From positions 6,526 through 70,525 of the forward strand of contig CAYHTW010000001.1 in the NCBI GenBank assembly GCA_964360065.1: 64,000 nt of DNA. Direction: 5' to 3'. The notes beneath the pieces were generated by a model, which was not told the origin of the DNA, made no database searches, and saw only the letters and a list, made by a program, of their open reading frames with translations. The DNA is from an uncultured Candidatus Saccharibacteria bacterium. GTDB taxonomy: Bacteria > Patescibacteriota > Minisyncoccia > UBA6257 > Colwellbacteraceae. The position numbers and the translations under genes are program-made. Position 1 is the first letter of the stretch. Each line of letters opens with the position of its first letter. Shown here one piece after another: positions 28,463-38,366 of the stretch.

Positions 28463-29302
28463 TTATTTTTTAATTCTTTTATTCGGCCTGCGGGACACGA
28501 TAACAACATGAGACCACTTCTTTTTGTTCCTGGTCTTTCTGCCGCCGGTAACCTTGCCCCAAAGAGTTTTAGGACGCTTAGTACCTCTGGGCTGCCTACC
28601 TTCACCTCCACCGTATGGATGATCAACCGGATTCATGGCACTGCCGCGGACAGTAGGCCTAATACCAAGCTGCCTGGACCGCCCTGCTTTACCGATGTTA
28701 ATCAGGTTATAGTCAGAATTAGAAACCTGTCCTAAAGAAGCTAAGTTATTCCACAAAACTCTTCTGATCTCTCCGGAGGGAAGCTTCAATTGAGTGTAAC
28801 CCTCTTCATGAGCCAAAACCTGAGCCTGACTGCCGGCGCTTCTCACTATAGCTCCGCCCCTGCCCGGAGCAAGTTCAACATTATGAATACCGTAACCAAC
28901 CGGAATATTCTTCAAGGGAACTCTGTTGCCTACGGTTAAGGTGGCTTTAGGTGAGGTTAAGACCGGATCACCAACTTTGATGTCACGGGGCGCCAAATGA
29001 TAACGCCTGTCTCCATCTTTATAAACAACCCTCATAATGAAAGCGCTCCTGTACGGATCATATTCAAGCGCCTCTACCTTACCCGGGACGTTTAACTTAG
29101 CTTGTTTAAAATCAACCATTCTATATATCTTCTTTAAACCTCCGCCTTGGTGGCGAGTAGTAATTCGGCCATGATGATTGCGACCAGCGTGGGTTTTAAG
29201 TCTCTTCGTCTTTGACTTCAGACGAGGGATATCGGTTAAGACGCCGTACTCAACGGTCGTCATTTGCCTTCTTGAGGCTGTATAAGGTTTATAGCGTTTC
29301 AT
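28463..29302 (-). CDS. rplB: Ribosomal protein uL2
   Basis: 279 aa, conserved uL2 ([20 protein letters not shown]). Confidence 0.95.
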   Translation of the reverse strand: MKRYKPYTASRRQMTTVEYGVLTDIPRLKSKTKRLKTHAGRNHHGRITTRHQGGGLKKIYRMVDFKQAKLNVPGKVEALEYDPYRSAFIMRVVYKDGDRRYHLAPRDIKVGDPVLTSPKATLTVGNRVPLKNIPVGYGIHNVELAPGRGGAIVRSAGSQAQVLAHEEGYTQLKLPSGEIRRVLWNNLASLGQVSNSDYNLINIGKAGRSRQLGIRPTVRGSAMNPVDHPYGGGEGRQPRGTKRPKTLWGKVTGGRKTRNKKKWSHVVIVSRRPNKRIKK

Positions 29303-29308
29303 ATCAGT

Positions 29309-29563
29309 TTAGTGAGGTACAATATCAATCTTTTCCCCGGCTTTCAATGTAACAATAACTTTCTTGAATTTTTTGCCTTTTGAAACTCTGTTAATCACAT
29401 TAGTATTAACAACGTGGACTTTATAAATAGACTCAACGGCTTTAGCGATTTCAGAGGCCACCGCGTTTGGCTCCACGGCAAACACATACTTACCTAAGCC
29501 GCTCATTTCGGTAGACTTCTCACTGATCCACGGTTTTTTTATAAGTAAATGGTTAGATCTCAT
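29309..29563 (-). CDS. rplW: Ribosomal protein uL23
   Basis: 84 aa, position between rplD and rplB. Confidence 0.85.
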   Translation of the reverse strand: MRSNHLLIKKPWISEKSTEMSGLGKYVFAVEPNAVASEIAKAVESIYKVHVVNTNVINRVSKGKKFKKVIVTLKAGEKIDIVPH

Positions 29564-30194
29564 TGTAGTGTTCGTTAATTACAGATACAGCCGACTTATC
29601 CATTAATATTTGCTTGTGATGGAGCAAATCATAGATATTCAAAGATTTGGCGCTCGTAGCCCCAACCTTAACTAAATTCCTGGTAGCTTTATAGATATTC
29701 TTGTCTCCCTCAGCAGGAATGATTAAGGCATTCAAAGTCACTTTTTTCTCCTGAATAAAACCTTTTAGAGAATCGTTCAAAATTTTTGTTTTAGGTTCTT
29801 TTATGGTCAATGAATCAACAATTTTTATTTCACCGTCTTTAAAACGCCTGGCGAGTACCGAAAAAATAGCCAACTGCTTCATTTTCTTATTGATTTTCAA
29901 AGTGTAGTCTCTTTCTTTCGTCGGACCATGAGTAACTCCTCCTCCTTTCCATATGGGAGATCTAATAGAACCGTGCCTAGCTCGACCGGTTCCCTTCTGC
30001 CTCCAAGGTTTCTTGCCTCCTCCAGAGACTTCGCTTCTACCTTTGGCGTGAGCTGACTGATTACGCCTGCCGTTTAACTGAACCCGCAAAGCTTGGTGAA
30101 CTAAATCAGGATTCCACTTAACGCCAAAAACACGCTCTGGCAACTCCATTGTGCCGGCGCGCTCATTCTTTAAATTGTATAAATCAGCGTTCAT
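29553..30194 (-). CDS. rplD: Ribosomal protein uL4
   Basis: 213 aa, conserved uL4. Confidence 0.9.
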   Translation of the reverse strand: MNADLYNLKNERAGTMELPERVFGVKWNPDLVHQALRVQLNGRRNQSAHAKGRSEVSGGGKKPWRQKGTGRARHGSIRSPIWKGGGVTHGPTKERDYTLKINKKMKQLAIFSVLARRFKDGEIKIVDSLTIKEPKTKILNDSLKGFIQEKKVTLNALIIPAEGDKNIYKATRNLVKVGATSAKSLNIYDLLHHKQILMDKSAVSVINEHYNEI

Positions 30195-30607
30195 TATTTA
30201 TAAATTTGAATTTTACCGTTCCTAGCTCCCGGGACAGCACCTCTTAAGAAGATAATTTTGTTTTCTCTGTCTATCTCCACGATCTTCAGGTTTTTGATAG
30301 TGACTCTATCCACTCCCATGTGGCCAGCCATACGCCTGCCAGGCCAGACTCTTTGAGGAGCGGTGCTGCCGATTGATCCAGGAGCGCGGAGGCGATTCTT
30401 CTGGCCGTGGCTCTTGGGGCCGCCGCCGAAACCGTGACGCTTCACTACGCCTTGGAAGCCGCGTCCCTTAGAAGTACCGCTAACTTTAACTAGCTTGCCA
30501 ACTTCAAAATCAGGATCGGCATCCATTTTGACTAAAGTGACCGGAACGACTTTATCGTCCTGCCAGATTTGGTCCATTTTCATTTTTTTACCAGTTAAAT
30601 AATCCAT
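30194..30607 (-). CDS. rplC: Ribosomal protein uL3, short form (137 aa; internal ~65-aa segment absent)
   Basis: N-terminus aligns to uL3 start, then jumps to TSKGRGFQGVVKRHGF... and the PGSIG loop. Confidence 0.8.
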   Translation of the reverse strand: MDYLTGKKMKMDQIWQDDKVVPVTLVKMDADPDFEVGKLVKVSGTSKGRGFQGVVKRHGFGGGPKSHGQKNRLRAPGSIGSTAPQRVWPGRRMAGHMGVDRVTIKNLKIVEIDRENKIIFLRGAVPGARNGKIQIYK

Positions 30608-30687
30608 AACTCAAAAATAATCTAAACAAATGACCGGACGGGCCGGCCATTCATTCTTGTTATTTGGCTATCCTCTAACGGGATAGT

Positions 30688-31020
30688 TTACACCATCTTG
30701 ATTTCGATGTCTACTCCTGCCGGCAGATTCAAATCTTGCAATGACTCTATAATCTTCGGGACAGGCTTTATGATGTCTATTAACCTCTTATGAACCCTCA
30801 TTTCAAACTGTTCCCTGGACTTCTTGTGGACAAAGGTAGAGCGATTAACAGTATACCTTTTGAATTCAGTGGGTAGTGGTATGGGGCCCGATATCTTGGC
30901 GTCATGCCTTCTTAAAGTCTCTATGATTTGCCTGCAGGAGCTATCAATGAGACGATTGTCGTAAGACCGTATCCTTAATCTCAACTTATCTCCCGAAATC
31001 GCCTCTTTGTCTTTAGCCAC
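30688..31020 (-). CDS. rpsJ: Ribosomal protein uS10 (GTG start)
   Basis: [13 protein letters not shown]... conserved uS10; start codon region reads GTG. Confidence 0.9.
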   Translation of the reverse strand: MAKDKEAISGDKLRLRIRSYDNRLIDSSCRQIIETLRRHDAKISGPIPLPTEFKRYTVNRSTFVHKKSREQFEMRVHKRLIDIIKPVPKIIESLQDLNLPAGVDIEIKMV

Positions 31021-31025
31021 GTTGT

Positions 31026-32225
31026 TTATTTGATGATCTTGGTAACTACACCTGCTCCCACAGTTTTACCTCCTTCGCGGATAGCAAAACGGGTCTTTTC
31101 TTCCAAGGCTACCGGAGCGATGAGCTTAACGGTGTACTTGATTGTGTCCCCTGGCATAACCATTTCGGTTCCTGCCGGCAGCGTAACCTCACCAGTCACA
31201 TCGGTGGTTCTAATGTAAAACTGTGGCTTGTAACCAGAGAAAATCGGAGTGTGTCTTCCACCTTCCTCCTTACTCAAGATATAAACCTCGGCTTCAAATT
31301 CAGTATGCGGTGTAACGGATCCAGTCTTAGCCAAGACCTGACCACGCTCCACATCTTCTTTTTTAAGTCCGCGGAGAAGTAAACCAACATTGTCTCCGGC
31401 CCTGCCTTCATCCAATAACTTATTGAACATTTCAATGCCGGTAATAACGGTTTTGGCAGTCGGCTTCAAACCGACTATTTCAATTTCTTCGTTAACCTTA
31501 ACTACGCCTCTCTCAATTCTCCCAGTGACAACAGTACCGCGGCCCTCAATGGAGAAGATGTCTTCTACTGGCATCAAGAACGGCAAGTCTAAATCTCTCT
31601 GTGGCACAGGAATGTATTCATCTAAAGCCTTAACGAGCTCTAGAATCGGCTTAGCTTCCTCTGAATCGGCAGAAGTAGTAGCTAGAGCCTTAACGGCCGA
31701 ACCTCTAATAATAGGGGTTTCGTCTCCGGGGAAGTTGTACTTCTTCAAAAGTTCTCTGACTTCGGCTTCGACAAGATCAATGAGTTCTTTGTCATCCACC
31801 GTATCGCACTTGTTTAAGAAAACAACGATTTTAGGAACTCCTACCTGATAGGCCAGAAGAATGTGTTCCCTGGTCTGCGGCATCGGGCCGTCGGCGGCGG
31901 AAACCACCAGAACGGCTCCGTCCATCTGAGCGGCTCCGGTAATCATGTTCTTGATGTAATCGGCGTGGCCAGGGGCATCAATGTGAGCATAGTGCCTGCT
32001 CTCAGATTCATACTCGGAGTGGTGCAAAGCAATCGTGATGCCACGAGCTTTTTCTTCAGGAGCGTTGTCAATCATATCAACAGACTCCTCTTTCTTGGTC
32101 CAACCCTTTAAGTGAAGGACGTGGGTGATGGCCGCGGTCAAAGTTGTTTTACCGTGATCAACGTGACCGATAGTTCCCACATTTAAGTGCGGCTTAACCC
32201 TATCAAATTTTTCTTTCTCTGCCAT
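31026..32225 (-). CDS. tuf: Elongation factor Tu
   Basis: [26 protein letters not shown]-motifs; 399 aa. Confidence 0.97.
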   Translation of the reverse strand: MAEKEKFDRVKPHLNVGTIGHVDHGKTTLTAAITHVLHLKGWTKKEESVDMIDNAPEEKARGITIALHHSEYESESRHYAHIDAPGHADYIKNMITGAAQMDGAVLVVSAADGPMPQTREHILLAYQVGVPKIVVFLNKCDTVDDKELIDLVEAEVRELLKKYNFPGDETPIIRGSAVKALATTSADSEEAKPILELVKALDEYIPVPQRDLDLPFLMPVEDIFSIEGRGTVVTGRIERGVVKVNEEIEIVGLKPTAKTVITGIEMFNKLLDEGRAGDNVGLLLRGLKKEDVERGQVLAKTGSVTPHTEFEAEVYILSKEEGGRHTPIFSGYKPQFYIRTTDVTGEVTLPAGTEMVMPGDTIKYTVKLIAPVALEEKTRFAIREGGKTVGAGVVTKIIK

Positions 32226-32350
32226 GTTTTTGTTTTATGCTATTTTTTGAGCTTCGACTCTTTTTGTTAATTTTTGTTAAAACTGCCACAAGAGTTTAGT
32301 AAAAAGATGTCTATGTGTCAACACAGCACCACCTTTAAGGGTGTTTGTAT

Positions 32351-34453
32351 TTACTTCTTACCTTCGGCAATCAATGACTCCATACTCTTAGGTACGGCCT
32401 CATAGGCAGCGAACTCCATAGTAAATGAACCCCTACCCTGAGTCATGCTCCTTAGCTTAGTGGCGTAACCAAACATTTCGGAAAGCGGCACCTTAGCCTC
32501 AACCACTTTAATCGTTCCCCTGTCGTTCATGGCTTCAATCCTGCCACGCTTGGAGGAAATGTCGCCAGTCACGTCTCCCAAGAAATCACCGGGAGCAATA
32601 ACCTGTAATCTCATTATAGGTTCAAGCACTATCGGCTTAGCGCGCCTCACGGCTTCCTGCAGAGCCATAGAACCGGCAATTTTAAAAGCAGCTTCAGATG
32701 AATCCACTTCGTGATAGGAACCATCTGTCAGGGTAACTTCTATGTCCACTATCGGGAACCCAGCTACTACGCCTTTAGCTATGGCCTCGTTAACGCCTTT
32801 TTCAATCGCAGGAATATATTCGTGAGGGACAGAACCTCCTTTAACTTCGTTTAAGAAGACAATACCGCTGCCTCTCTGCCCGTTCTTAACTTCCAGGACA
32901 GCGTGGCCGTATTGACCGCGTCCACCGGATTGCTTGATATATTTACCTTCAGCTTCAGCGGAAGCAGTGATGGTTTCCTTGTAAGAAACTTGAGGACGGC
33001 CTACTTCGGCTCCCACTCCGAACTCCCGCTTCATTCTTTCCACAAAAACTTCCAGATGAAGTTCCCCCATACCAGAAATAATGGTTTCGCCGGTTTCGGA
33101 ATTACCTCCAACGTGGAAAGTAGGATCTTCTTGGGATAACTTCTTCAAAGCCATACCCATTTTTTCCTGGTCGGCTTTAGTTTTAGGGCTGATTTTCTGG
33201 CTGATGACTGGCTCTGGGAAGACAATGGATTCAAGAATAATCGGATGCTCGGGATCACAAAGCGTGTCCCCCGTCATAGTGTCCTTGAGCCCAACCAAGG
33301 CGCCGATTTCTCCGGTATAAATCTCTTCAATTTCTTCCCTGTGATTCGCGTGCATCTTTAAGATACGGCCGATTCTTTCCTGGGAATTTTTAGTGGCGTT
33401 TGAAACATAGCTGCCTCTCTTAAGGGTTCCCGAGTAAACACGGAAGTAAGTCAGACTGCCAACATAAGGGTCACTGGCGATTTTAAAAGCCAAGGCAGTA
33501 AAAGGTTCGGAATCTTTAGGGAGTCTTACAATTTCTTCGCTAGTGTCTGGGTTCACACCCTTAACTCCGGCCAATTCATCAGGTGAAGGCAAGTAATCAA
33601 CTACGGCGTCTAACATCAATTGCACGCCCTTATTTTTTAGAGCAGAACCGCAAAGTACAGGAATGATACTTACCTTGATAGTAGCTTTACGAAGAGCGGC
33701 ACGAAGCTCATCCTCGGAGATTTCATGACCTTCCAAGTATTTATTAGTGAGAGCTTCGTCTTCGCCGGAAATCTTTTCCACTAAGAGATGTCTGGCTTTC
33801 AGAACCGCAGATGTCATATTTTCAGGAATTGGAATCTCTACAATGCTGTCACCTTTCTCACCTTCAAATTTATAAGCTTTGTTTTTTATAAGATCTATGA
33901 CGCCAGAAAAATCACCTTCCAATCCTATCGGAAGCTGAATAGGGATAGCGTTGGGTGTTAAACGTTCTATAATGGAAGCAAGGCTTTTCTCAAAGTTCGC
34001 GCCCATACGATCTAATTTATTAATAAAACATATGCGTGGCACATTATATTCATCTGCATAGTGCCAGTTAGTTTCAGATTGGGGTTCCACGCCAGCCACA
34101 CCATCGAAAACAACCACGGCGCCGTCCAAAACACGCAGAGACCTCTTAACTTCAACTGTGAAATCAATGTGCCCAGGAGTATCAATAAGATTTATGCGAT
34201 ATTCAAAGTTTTTGTCACCGTTCCTATAAGTAGGTGTCCAGAAACAAGTGGTAGCGGCAGAGGTTATAGTGATACCCCTTTCACGCTCCTGTTCCATCCA
34301 GTCCATAATGGCCTCTCCTTCGTGAACCTCGCCAATTTTGTGGGACATACCGGTATAAAAAAGCACCCTCTCGGACACAGTTGTTTTGCCAGCATCAATA
34401 TGGGCGATAATTCCAATATCTCTAACTTTCTCTATAGGGTAAAGACGTGACAT
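32351..34453 (-). CDS. fusA: Elongation factor G
   Basis: [21 protein letters not shown]; 700 aa. Confidence 0.97.
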   Translation of the reverse strand: MSRLYPIEKVRDIGIIAHIDAGKTTVSERVLFYTGMSHKIGEVHEGEAIMDWMEQERERGITITSAATTCFWTPTYRNGDKNFEYRINLIDTPGHIDFTVEVKRSLRVLDGAVVVFDGVAGVEPQSETNWHYADEYNVPRICFINKLDRMGANFEKSLASIIERLTPNAIPIQLPIGLEGDFSGVIDLIKNKAYKFEGEKGDSIVEIPIPENMTSAVLKARHLLVEKISGEDEALTNKYLEGHEISEDELRAALRKATIKVSIIPVLCGSALKNKGVQLMLDAVVDYLPSPDELAGVKGVNPDTSEEIVRLPKDSEPFTALAFKIASDPYVGSLTYFRVYSGTLKRGSYVSNATKNSQERIGRILKMHANHREEIEEIYTGEIGALVGLKDTMTGDTLCDPEHPIILESIVFPEPVISQKISPKTKADQEKMGMALKKLSQEDPTFHVGGNSETGETIISGMGELHLEVFVERMKREFGVGAEVGRPQVSYKETITASAEAEGKYIKQSGGRGQYGHAVLEVKNGQRGSGIVFLNEVKGGSVPHEYIPAIEKGVNEAIAKGVVAGFPIVDIEVTLTDGSYHEVDSSEAAFKIAGSMALQEAVRRAKPIVLEPIMRLQVIAPGDFLGDVTGDISSKRGRIEAMNDRGTIKVVEAKVPLSEMFGYATKLRSMTQGRGSFTMEFAAYEAVPKSMESLIAEGKK

Positions 34454-34462
34454 AGAGAATTT

Positions 34463-34930
34463 TTATCTAGAGAAGTGAGCGAAGGCGCGGTTCGCTTCGG
34501 CCATTCTGTGGACGTCTTGTTTTTTCTTGATGGCGGAGCCTTCGTTATTATAAGCGGCGAGCAATTCTTCAGCCAACTTTTCTCCCATACCTTTGCCTTT
34601 CTTAGCTCGCGCTGCGGCAATTATCCAACGGGCAGCTAGAACAAACTTTCTGTCGGGCCTGACTTCTTCCGGTATCTGGTAGTTGGCGCCTCCAACACGG
34701 CGGGAAACAACAGCTACGGTCGGAGCAACGTTTTCCAAAGCTTTCTCAAAAACAACCAGAGGTTCAAGCTTGAGTTTTTCTTTAATGATATCCATGGCGC
34801 GGTAAATGACTTTCTCGGCAGCGTACTTACGGCCATCTTCCATGATGTAGTTAGTGAAACGTGTTAAAGCGACGCTATCATATTTAACGTCAGGATTAAA
34901 TTCTCTTTTGTAATTTTTTTTCTTTCTCAT
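34463..34930 (-). CDS. rpsG: Ribosomal protein uS7
   Basis: 155 aa conserved uS7. Confidence 0.92.
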   Translation of the reverse strand: MRKKKNYKREFNPDVKYDSVALTRFTNYIMEDGRKYAAEKVIYRAMDIIKEKLKLEPLVVFEKALENVAPTVAVVSRRVGGANYQIPEEVRPDRKFVLAARWIIAAARAKKGKGMGEKLAEELLAAYNNEGSAIKKKQDVHRMAEANRAFAHFSR

Positions 34931-34932
34931 GG

Positions 34933-35346
34933 TTATTTCTTGGCACGTTTGGCTCCATACTTACTTCTCTGCTGCTTACGGGCGTTGACCCCAGTGGTGT
35001 CCAGGACGCCTCTCACGATGTGATAACGCACACCGGGCAAATCTTTGACCCTACCTCCCCTAATCATAACTACGGAGTGCTCCTGAAGAGTGTGCCCTTC
35101 TCCGGGGATGTAGGCGGTAACTTCCTGACCGTTAGTTAGTCTGACCCTAGCAACCTTCCTTAAAGCAGAGTTTGGTTTCTTTGGGGTGGTGGTAAAAACC
35201 TTTAGGCAAACACCCCTTTTAAAGGGAGAAGGCGATGCCACCGGGCGATTTTGTATAACATTAAAATAAATCCCCATGGCTGGGGTTTTATCCTTGCGCG
35301 CCGATTTAGTTCTGCCCCGCTTTAAAAGCTGACGAATAGTAGGCAT
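34933..35346 (-). CDS. rpsL: Ribosomal protein uS12
   Basis: MPTIRQL...[26 protein letters not shown]. Confidence 0.95.
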   Translation of the reverse strand: MPTIRQLLKRGRTKSARKDKTPAMGIYFNVIQNRPVASPSPFKRGVCLKVFTTTPKKPNSALRKVARVRLTNGQEVTAYIPGEGHTLQEHSVVMIRGGRVKDLPGVRYHIVRGVLDTTGVNARKQQRSKYGAKRAKK

Positions 35347-35355
35347 ATCGCGAAT

Positions 35356-35384
35356 ATCTTACAGATAAGGAGTTTGCTTGTCAA
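35356..35384 (-). promoter_or_regulatory. str-operon promoter: -35 TTGACA, 17-nt spacer, -10 TAAGAT, leaderless
   Basis: Consensus -35 at 35379-35384 (minus), -10 at 35356-35361; 9 nt between -10 and ATG. Confidence 0.4.
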
Positions 35385-35399
35385 TTCACCCTCCCCACT

Positions 35400-36029
35400 C
35401 TACAGAGCCCCCACTCCCGTAAAGAGATAAAATAAAGCTTCTGCTGGAACCATGATAATAAAACCAAAGAAATAAAGGAAAAGGACTACTACCAAAACTC
35501 CACTCAAGCCTATATTTTCTATTATATGCGCATAACGAGGCGGCAAAATAGCTGAAAATATCTTAGAGCCGTCCAAAGGCGGAATGGGCACTAAGTTAAA
35601 AACTGCCAGATAACAATTCATTAAAACGATGATTGATAGGAATCCTAAAATGGTGGGACTTAGTAACCCTATACCGAATCTAATAATAAGACCAAAAACC
35701 AAAGCTAAGGCTAGATTAGATAATGGACCCGCTAATGCAACTTTTAAAGGACCATATCGGAAATCTTTATAAAGAGCATTAGGATTATAAGGCACTGGCT
35801 TAGCCCAACCCAAGACAACCGGAGAATTAGTCAAAACAAGAAGTATAGGTAATATTACCGAACCGAAAGGATCAAGATGGCTAATTGGGTTAAGTGTCAG
35901 ACGCCCGGCGTCTTTAGCGGTTTGGTCTCCAAGTCTCAGGGCTACGAGACCGTGAGAGATTTCGTGGAGCATTACAGAAAAAAGCAGGACCACGAGTTGA
36001 AATACAATTAACAATATGCTATTGTCCAT
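35400..36029 (-). CDS. Site-2 protease-family (M50) membrane zinc metalloprotease
   Basis: HEISHGL (HExxH) in TM helix, multi-TM, LDG motif (PPLDGS). Confidence 0.75.
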   Translation of the reverse strand: MDNSILLIVFQLVVLLFSVMLHEISHGLVALRLGDQTAKDAGRLTLNPISHLDPFGSVILPILLVLTNSPVVLGWAKPVPYNPNALYKDFRYGPLKVALAGPLSNLALALVFGLIIRFGIGLLSPTILGFLSIIVLMNCYLAVFNLVPIPPLDGSKIFSAILPPRYAHIIENIGLSGVLVVVLFLYFFGFIIMVPAEALFYLFTGVGAL

Positions 36030-36042
36030 TTGTTTTAAATCT

Positions 36043-36048
36043 TATAAT
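36043..36048 (+). promoter_or_regulatory. -10 element TATAAT 11 nt upstream of rpmB ATG (weak -35)
   Basis: Consensus -10 hexamer read directly; implies ~4-5 nt leader. Confidence 0.3.
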
Positions 36049-36059
36049 ATACCGAATCA

Positions 36060-36248
36060 ATGAAAAAGTGCGAAGTTTGCGACAAAGGATCAATCATGAG
36101 AGGCCACAGAGTTAAGCTTCGTGGCCATTATAATCCACAGCCTAAGACAAGGAAATATCCTAACCTGCAATCTTTTCGTTCTCCGGAAGGAAAAAAAATG
36201 GTAGCCTGCGCCAAATGCATTAAAGCCGCTGGACGGGCCATCGGATAG
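36060..36248 (+). CDS. rpmB: Ribosomal protein bL28, zinc-ribbon (C+) form
   Basis: 62 aa; CEVC ... CAKC; PNLQ motif; 3' end overlaps tRNA-Pro by 15 nt. Confidence 0.8.
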   Translation: MKKCEVCDKGSIMRGHRVKLRGHYNPQPKTRKYPNLQSFRSPEGKKMVACAKCIKAAGRAIG

Positions 36249-36304
36249 TGGTAGTCCGTACCCTTGGGGTGGGTATAGTCCCGGTTCGATTCCGGGTGGC
36301 CCGA
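36234..36304 (+). tRNA. tRNA-Pro (anticodon GGG), CCA not encoded
   Basis: Hand-folded cloverleaf: acceptor CGGGCCA/TGGCCCG (7 bp), D-stem GGAT/GTCC, anticodon stem TACCC/GGGTA, loop TTGGGGT, T-arm CCCGG-TTCGATT-CCGGG. Confidence 0.8.
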
Positions 36305-36338
36305 CTAATCAAAAAGATGCTGGATTATAGTGGCAGTT

Positions 36339-36360
36339 CCCTGCCTGCCGGCAGGCAGGG
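36339..36360. repeat. 22-nt perfect GC-rich palindrome CCCTGCCTGCCGGCAGGCAGGG downstream of tRNA-Pro
   Basis: Read directly; self-complementary over full length. Confidence 0.5.
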
Positions 36361-36454
36361 ATTCTGCCTGGCCCGACAAATAATATAAGACTCTTTAAAG
36401 GGCCTTTTATTTTTATTGCAAGCTAAATGATGTTTAGATGTTTTTATTAAAACG

Positions 36455-36485
36455 AAAAGCGGCCTTTTAGTGGTCGCTTTTTCTT
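36455..36485. terminator. Bidirectional intrinsic terminator (AGCGGCC-ttttagt-GGTCGCT + T-run; A-run on other side)
   Basis: 7-bp stem incl. one G-T, T-run 36479-36482, A-run 36449-36457. Confidence 0.5.
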
Positions 36486-36628
36486 AAAATATTTTATTAG
36501 ATGCCGAGAAGTTGTGTGATTAATTGAAGTCCACTCCGTCCGTTAACATCTAAGACGCCAACTCCACCACTTGGATTTCCACTACCGCCAGACCCGGCAG
36601 AATCGCCACATAACTATAAAAAGTGGCG

Positions 36629-38059
36629 TTAACTTTTCTGGCACACGAGGAGTTGAACGTAGGGAGCGTTGGTGCCGGCAACTGACCCCGCAGCATCAGT
36701 TGAACCAGATGAACCAGAGTTTTGTCCTAACTCCCACGCACCATTCCAGTTCCACGGCGCAGAGTTAGAAACATTCTGCAGGCCATGCGAGTGTTGGCCA
36801 ACCGGTCTATCCTCAAGGTTAGACAAAGCCGTCCCTGCTGTTCCTGCAAGCGTTCCAGCGAGCGGCAACCCTACAATGTACCTACCTCTTGCGGCAGTAA
36901 GCTCTGTCCAACCCACAGGGCAGGCGGCTAAGTTAAAAAATGATACCGCGCCGGCGGGACTACCGCCCGAAGCCCAACTTAAGTTACCCAAACCATCGTT
37001 TTGTAAACTGGTGGAAGCACCTCCCTGGGCGTTTGGTAGAGTTAAAGTATAAGAACCAGCGATAGCTGCGGGCTGAATAATTATTTTTCCTGAAGTGTTG
37101 CCAGATAATGAGAGAACGCCTTTTGTAGTTCCTGCTGTTCCTAATGATAGAAGTTCTCCTGGACTAGTGTTGCCTACCCCCACATTCCCCGTATTGAAGT
37201 AGATGTTGGCTCCTGTTGTAATCCACTGGCTTACGAATTGCCATGCTGTTCCTGTATAAGCCTTGAGTCTGTTGGTTGTAGTGTTGTAATAGAGTCCTCC
37301 TGTGGCGGTGGTCACTCCTGTCTCTTGGGCATCGGTGTAGCTTCCTAGACCCAGGACTCCTGTGAGGAAGATGTTCTTCCAAGCTTTGGGGGCTCCTGTC
37401 AGGGTGCCTATGTTTCTGGAGTTAGTGGCATCAGGAAGGAGGTCTGAATCAAATGTGGCAGCAGAGACTCTGCCGATTGCAGAGCGTAAGGTTCTTGATA
37501 TCTGTTGGTCTGGATTAGTGGAGTTGTATGTAAGGGTGGCGTCAATTTGGACTGTGGCATGGCCTCCTGGAATATCAAACTTTGTGAAGGTGAGTGTGTT
37601 GGCGCTCACTTTGCTTGTTGTGAGGGCTTGTGTGGTGCTTGTGCAGTTTTGTTTGTTGGTGGCGTCAGGGCCTTGAGCCATGAGAATCTGGGTGCCCTGG
37701 AGATATATACATGTGGGGTCTAGGGTTGGGTCTTCAAAGCGTAGCTTGAGATATGGGCCTGATGAGAGAGAGCAGTTTGTGTTAGAGACGCATTCAATGT
37801 TTGAGGAGCTTCTCACCTGTGACTGGACTGTTGTGAGGACCAGGTTGAGTTCTGATGATACTTGGGTGGATACAACCTGATTGCTTTCAATCTTGGTTGA
37901 TGTGATGAGGATGGTGGTGAGGAGGCCTGCGACTGTTCCGAAGATGGCCGTGTATATGACGAGCTCTATGAGTGTGAAGCCCCGCACCAAAGATTTTGAT
38001 GTGGGGGTGAAGCCTGGGGTGGATTCTTTTTCTTTGTTAATCTGGAAGAACTTAAACAT
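36629..38059 (-). CDS. Large type IV pilin-like protein (class III signal peptide; Thr/Ser/Gly/Asn-rich 476 aa)
   Basis: N-terminal prepilin motif RGFTLIELVIYTAIFG (G|FTLIE cleavage/methylation site) followed by hydrophobic helix; long low-complexity extracellular region. Confidence 0.7.
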   Translation of the reverse strand: MFKFFQINKEKESTPGFTPTSKSLVRGFTLIELVIYTAIFGTVAGLLTTILITSTKIESNQVVSTQVSSELNLVLTTVQSQVRSSSNIECVSNTNCSLSSGPYLKLRFEDPTLDPTCIYLQGTQILMAQGPDATNKQNCTSTTQALTTSKVSANTLTFTKFDIPGGHATVQIDATLTYNSTNPDQQISRTLRSAIGRVSAATFDSDLLPDATNSRNIGTLTGAPKAWKNIFLTGVLGLGSYTDAQETGVTTATGGLYYNTTTNRLKAYTGTAWQFVSQWITTGANIYFNTGNVGVGNTSPGELLSLGTAGTTKGVLSLSGNTSGKIIIQPAAIAGSYTLTLPNAQGGASTSLQNDGLGNLSWASGGSPAGAVSFFNLAACPVGWTELTAARGRYIVGLPLAGTLAGTAGTALSNLEDRPVGQHSHGLQNVSNSAPWNWNGAWELGQNSGSSGSTDAAGSVAGTNAPYVQLLVCQKS

Positions 38060-38071
38060 TTCTTTGAATTG

Positions 38072-38080
38072 ATTATATCA
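38072..38080 (-). promoter_or_regulatory. Extended -10 promoter TGaTATAAT for pilin gene, leaderless (12 nt to ATG)
   Basis: Perfect -10 with TG at -15/-14 on minus strand. Confidence 0.4.
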
Positions 38081-38119
38081 TACTTATAGTTATCAATGGG
38101 TCTATGGCATCAATAATAT

Positions 38120-38145
38120 CATCGGTTTCATTAATGAAACCGATG
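38120..38145. promoter_or_regulatory. 26-nt perfect palindrome CATCGGTTTCATTAATGAAACCGATG ~45 nt upstream of pilin -10; candidate transcription-factor site
   Basis: Read directly; fully self-complementary. Confidence 0.45.
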
Positions 38146-38366
38146 GAAAGCATGAGAATATTAGGTGTTTATTTTTTGACATCAAATTTCAAAAGTCCCT
38201 ACCCCCGCTTGAAATCCCGGGCAATTAAACCAAGGTGGGTGGACTCAGCTCTCAGCCCAAGGGCTGGAACGATATCGTCCTCCCTTCAATTAATGTTTGA
38301 TCCGGAAACATTAAGGGATAGGGACGCTATTATTATACACTAACCCCTTACCCCTCAAAACAAGAG

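Noticed and set aside
28456-28626. N-terminal 57-aa extension of the rpsS ORF (similar extensions on rpsC, rplF, rplR, dnaK, murF, mnmA)
   Set aside because: The extensions overlap the upstream gene in another frame. Conserved protein N-termini begin at internal Met residues.
36571-38072. Run of plus-strand ORFs (36571-36768, 36669-37052, 37362-37676, 37505-37723, 37680-37880, 37881-38072)
   Set aside because: They are antisense to the pilin gene. Open frames arise from the biased Thr/Gly/Ser codon composition; they have no starts in context or motifs.
38283-38322. Imperfect hairpin (TAATGTTT-gatccgg-AAACATTA) downstream of ndk
   Set aside because: No adjacent U-run on the ndk strand and imperfect arms; not confidently a terminator.
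38104-38343. 79-aa plus-strand ORF in the pilin upstream region
   Set aside because: No promoter or RBS support. The region is better explained as pilin regulatory DNA (palindrome, promoter).
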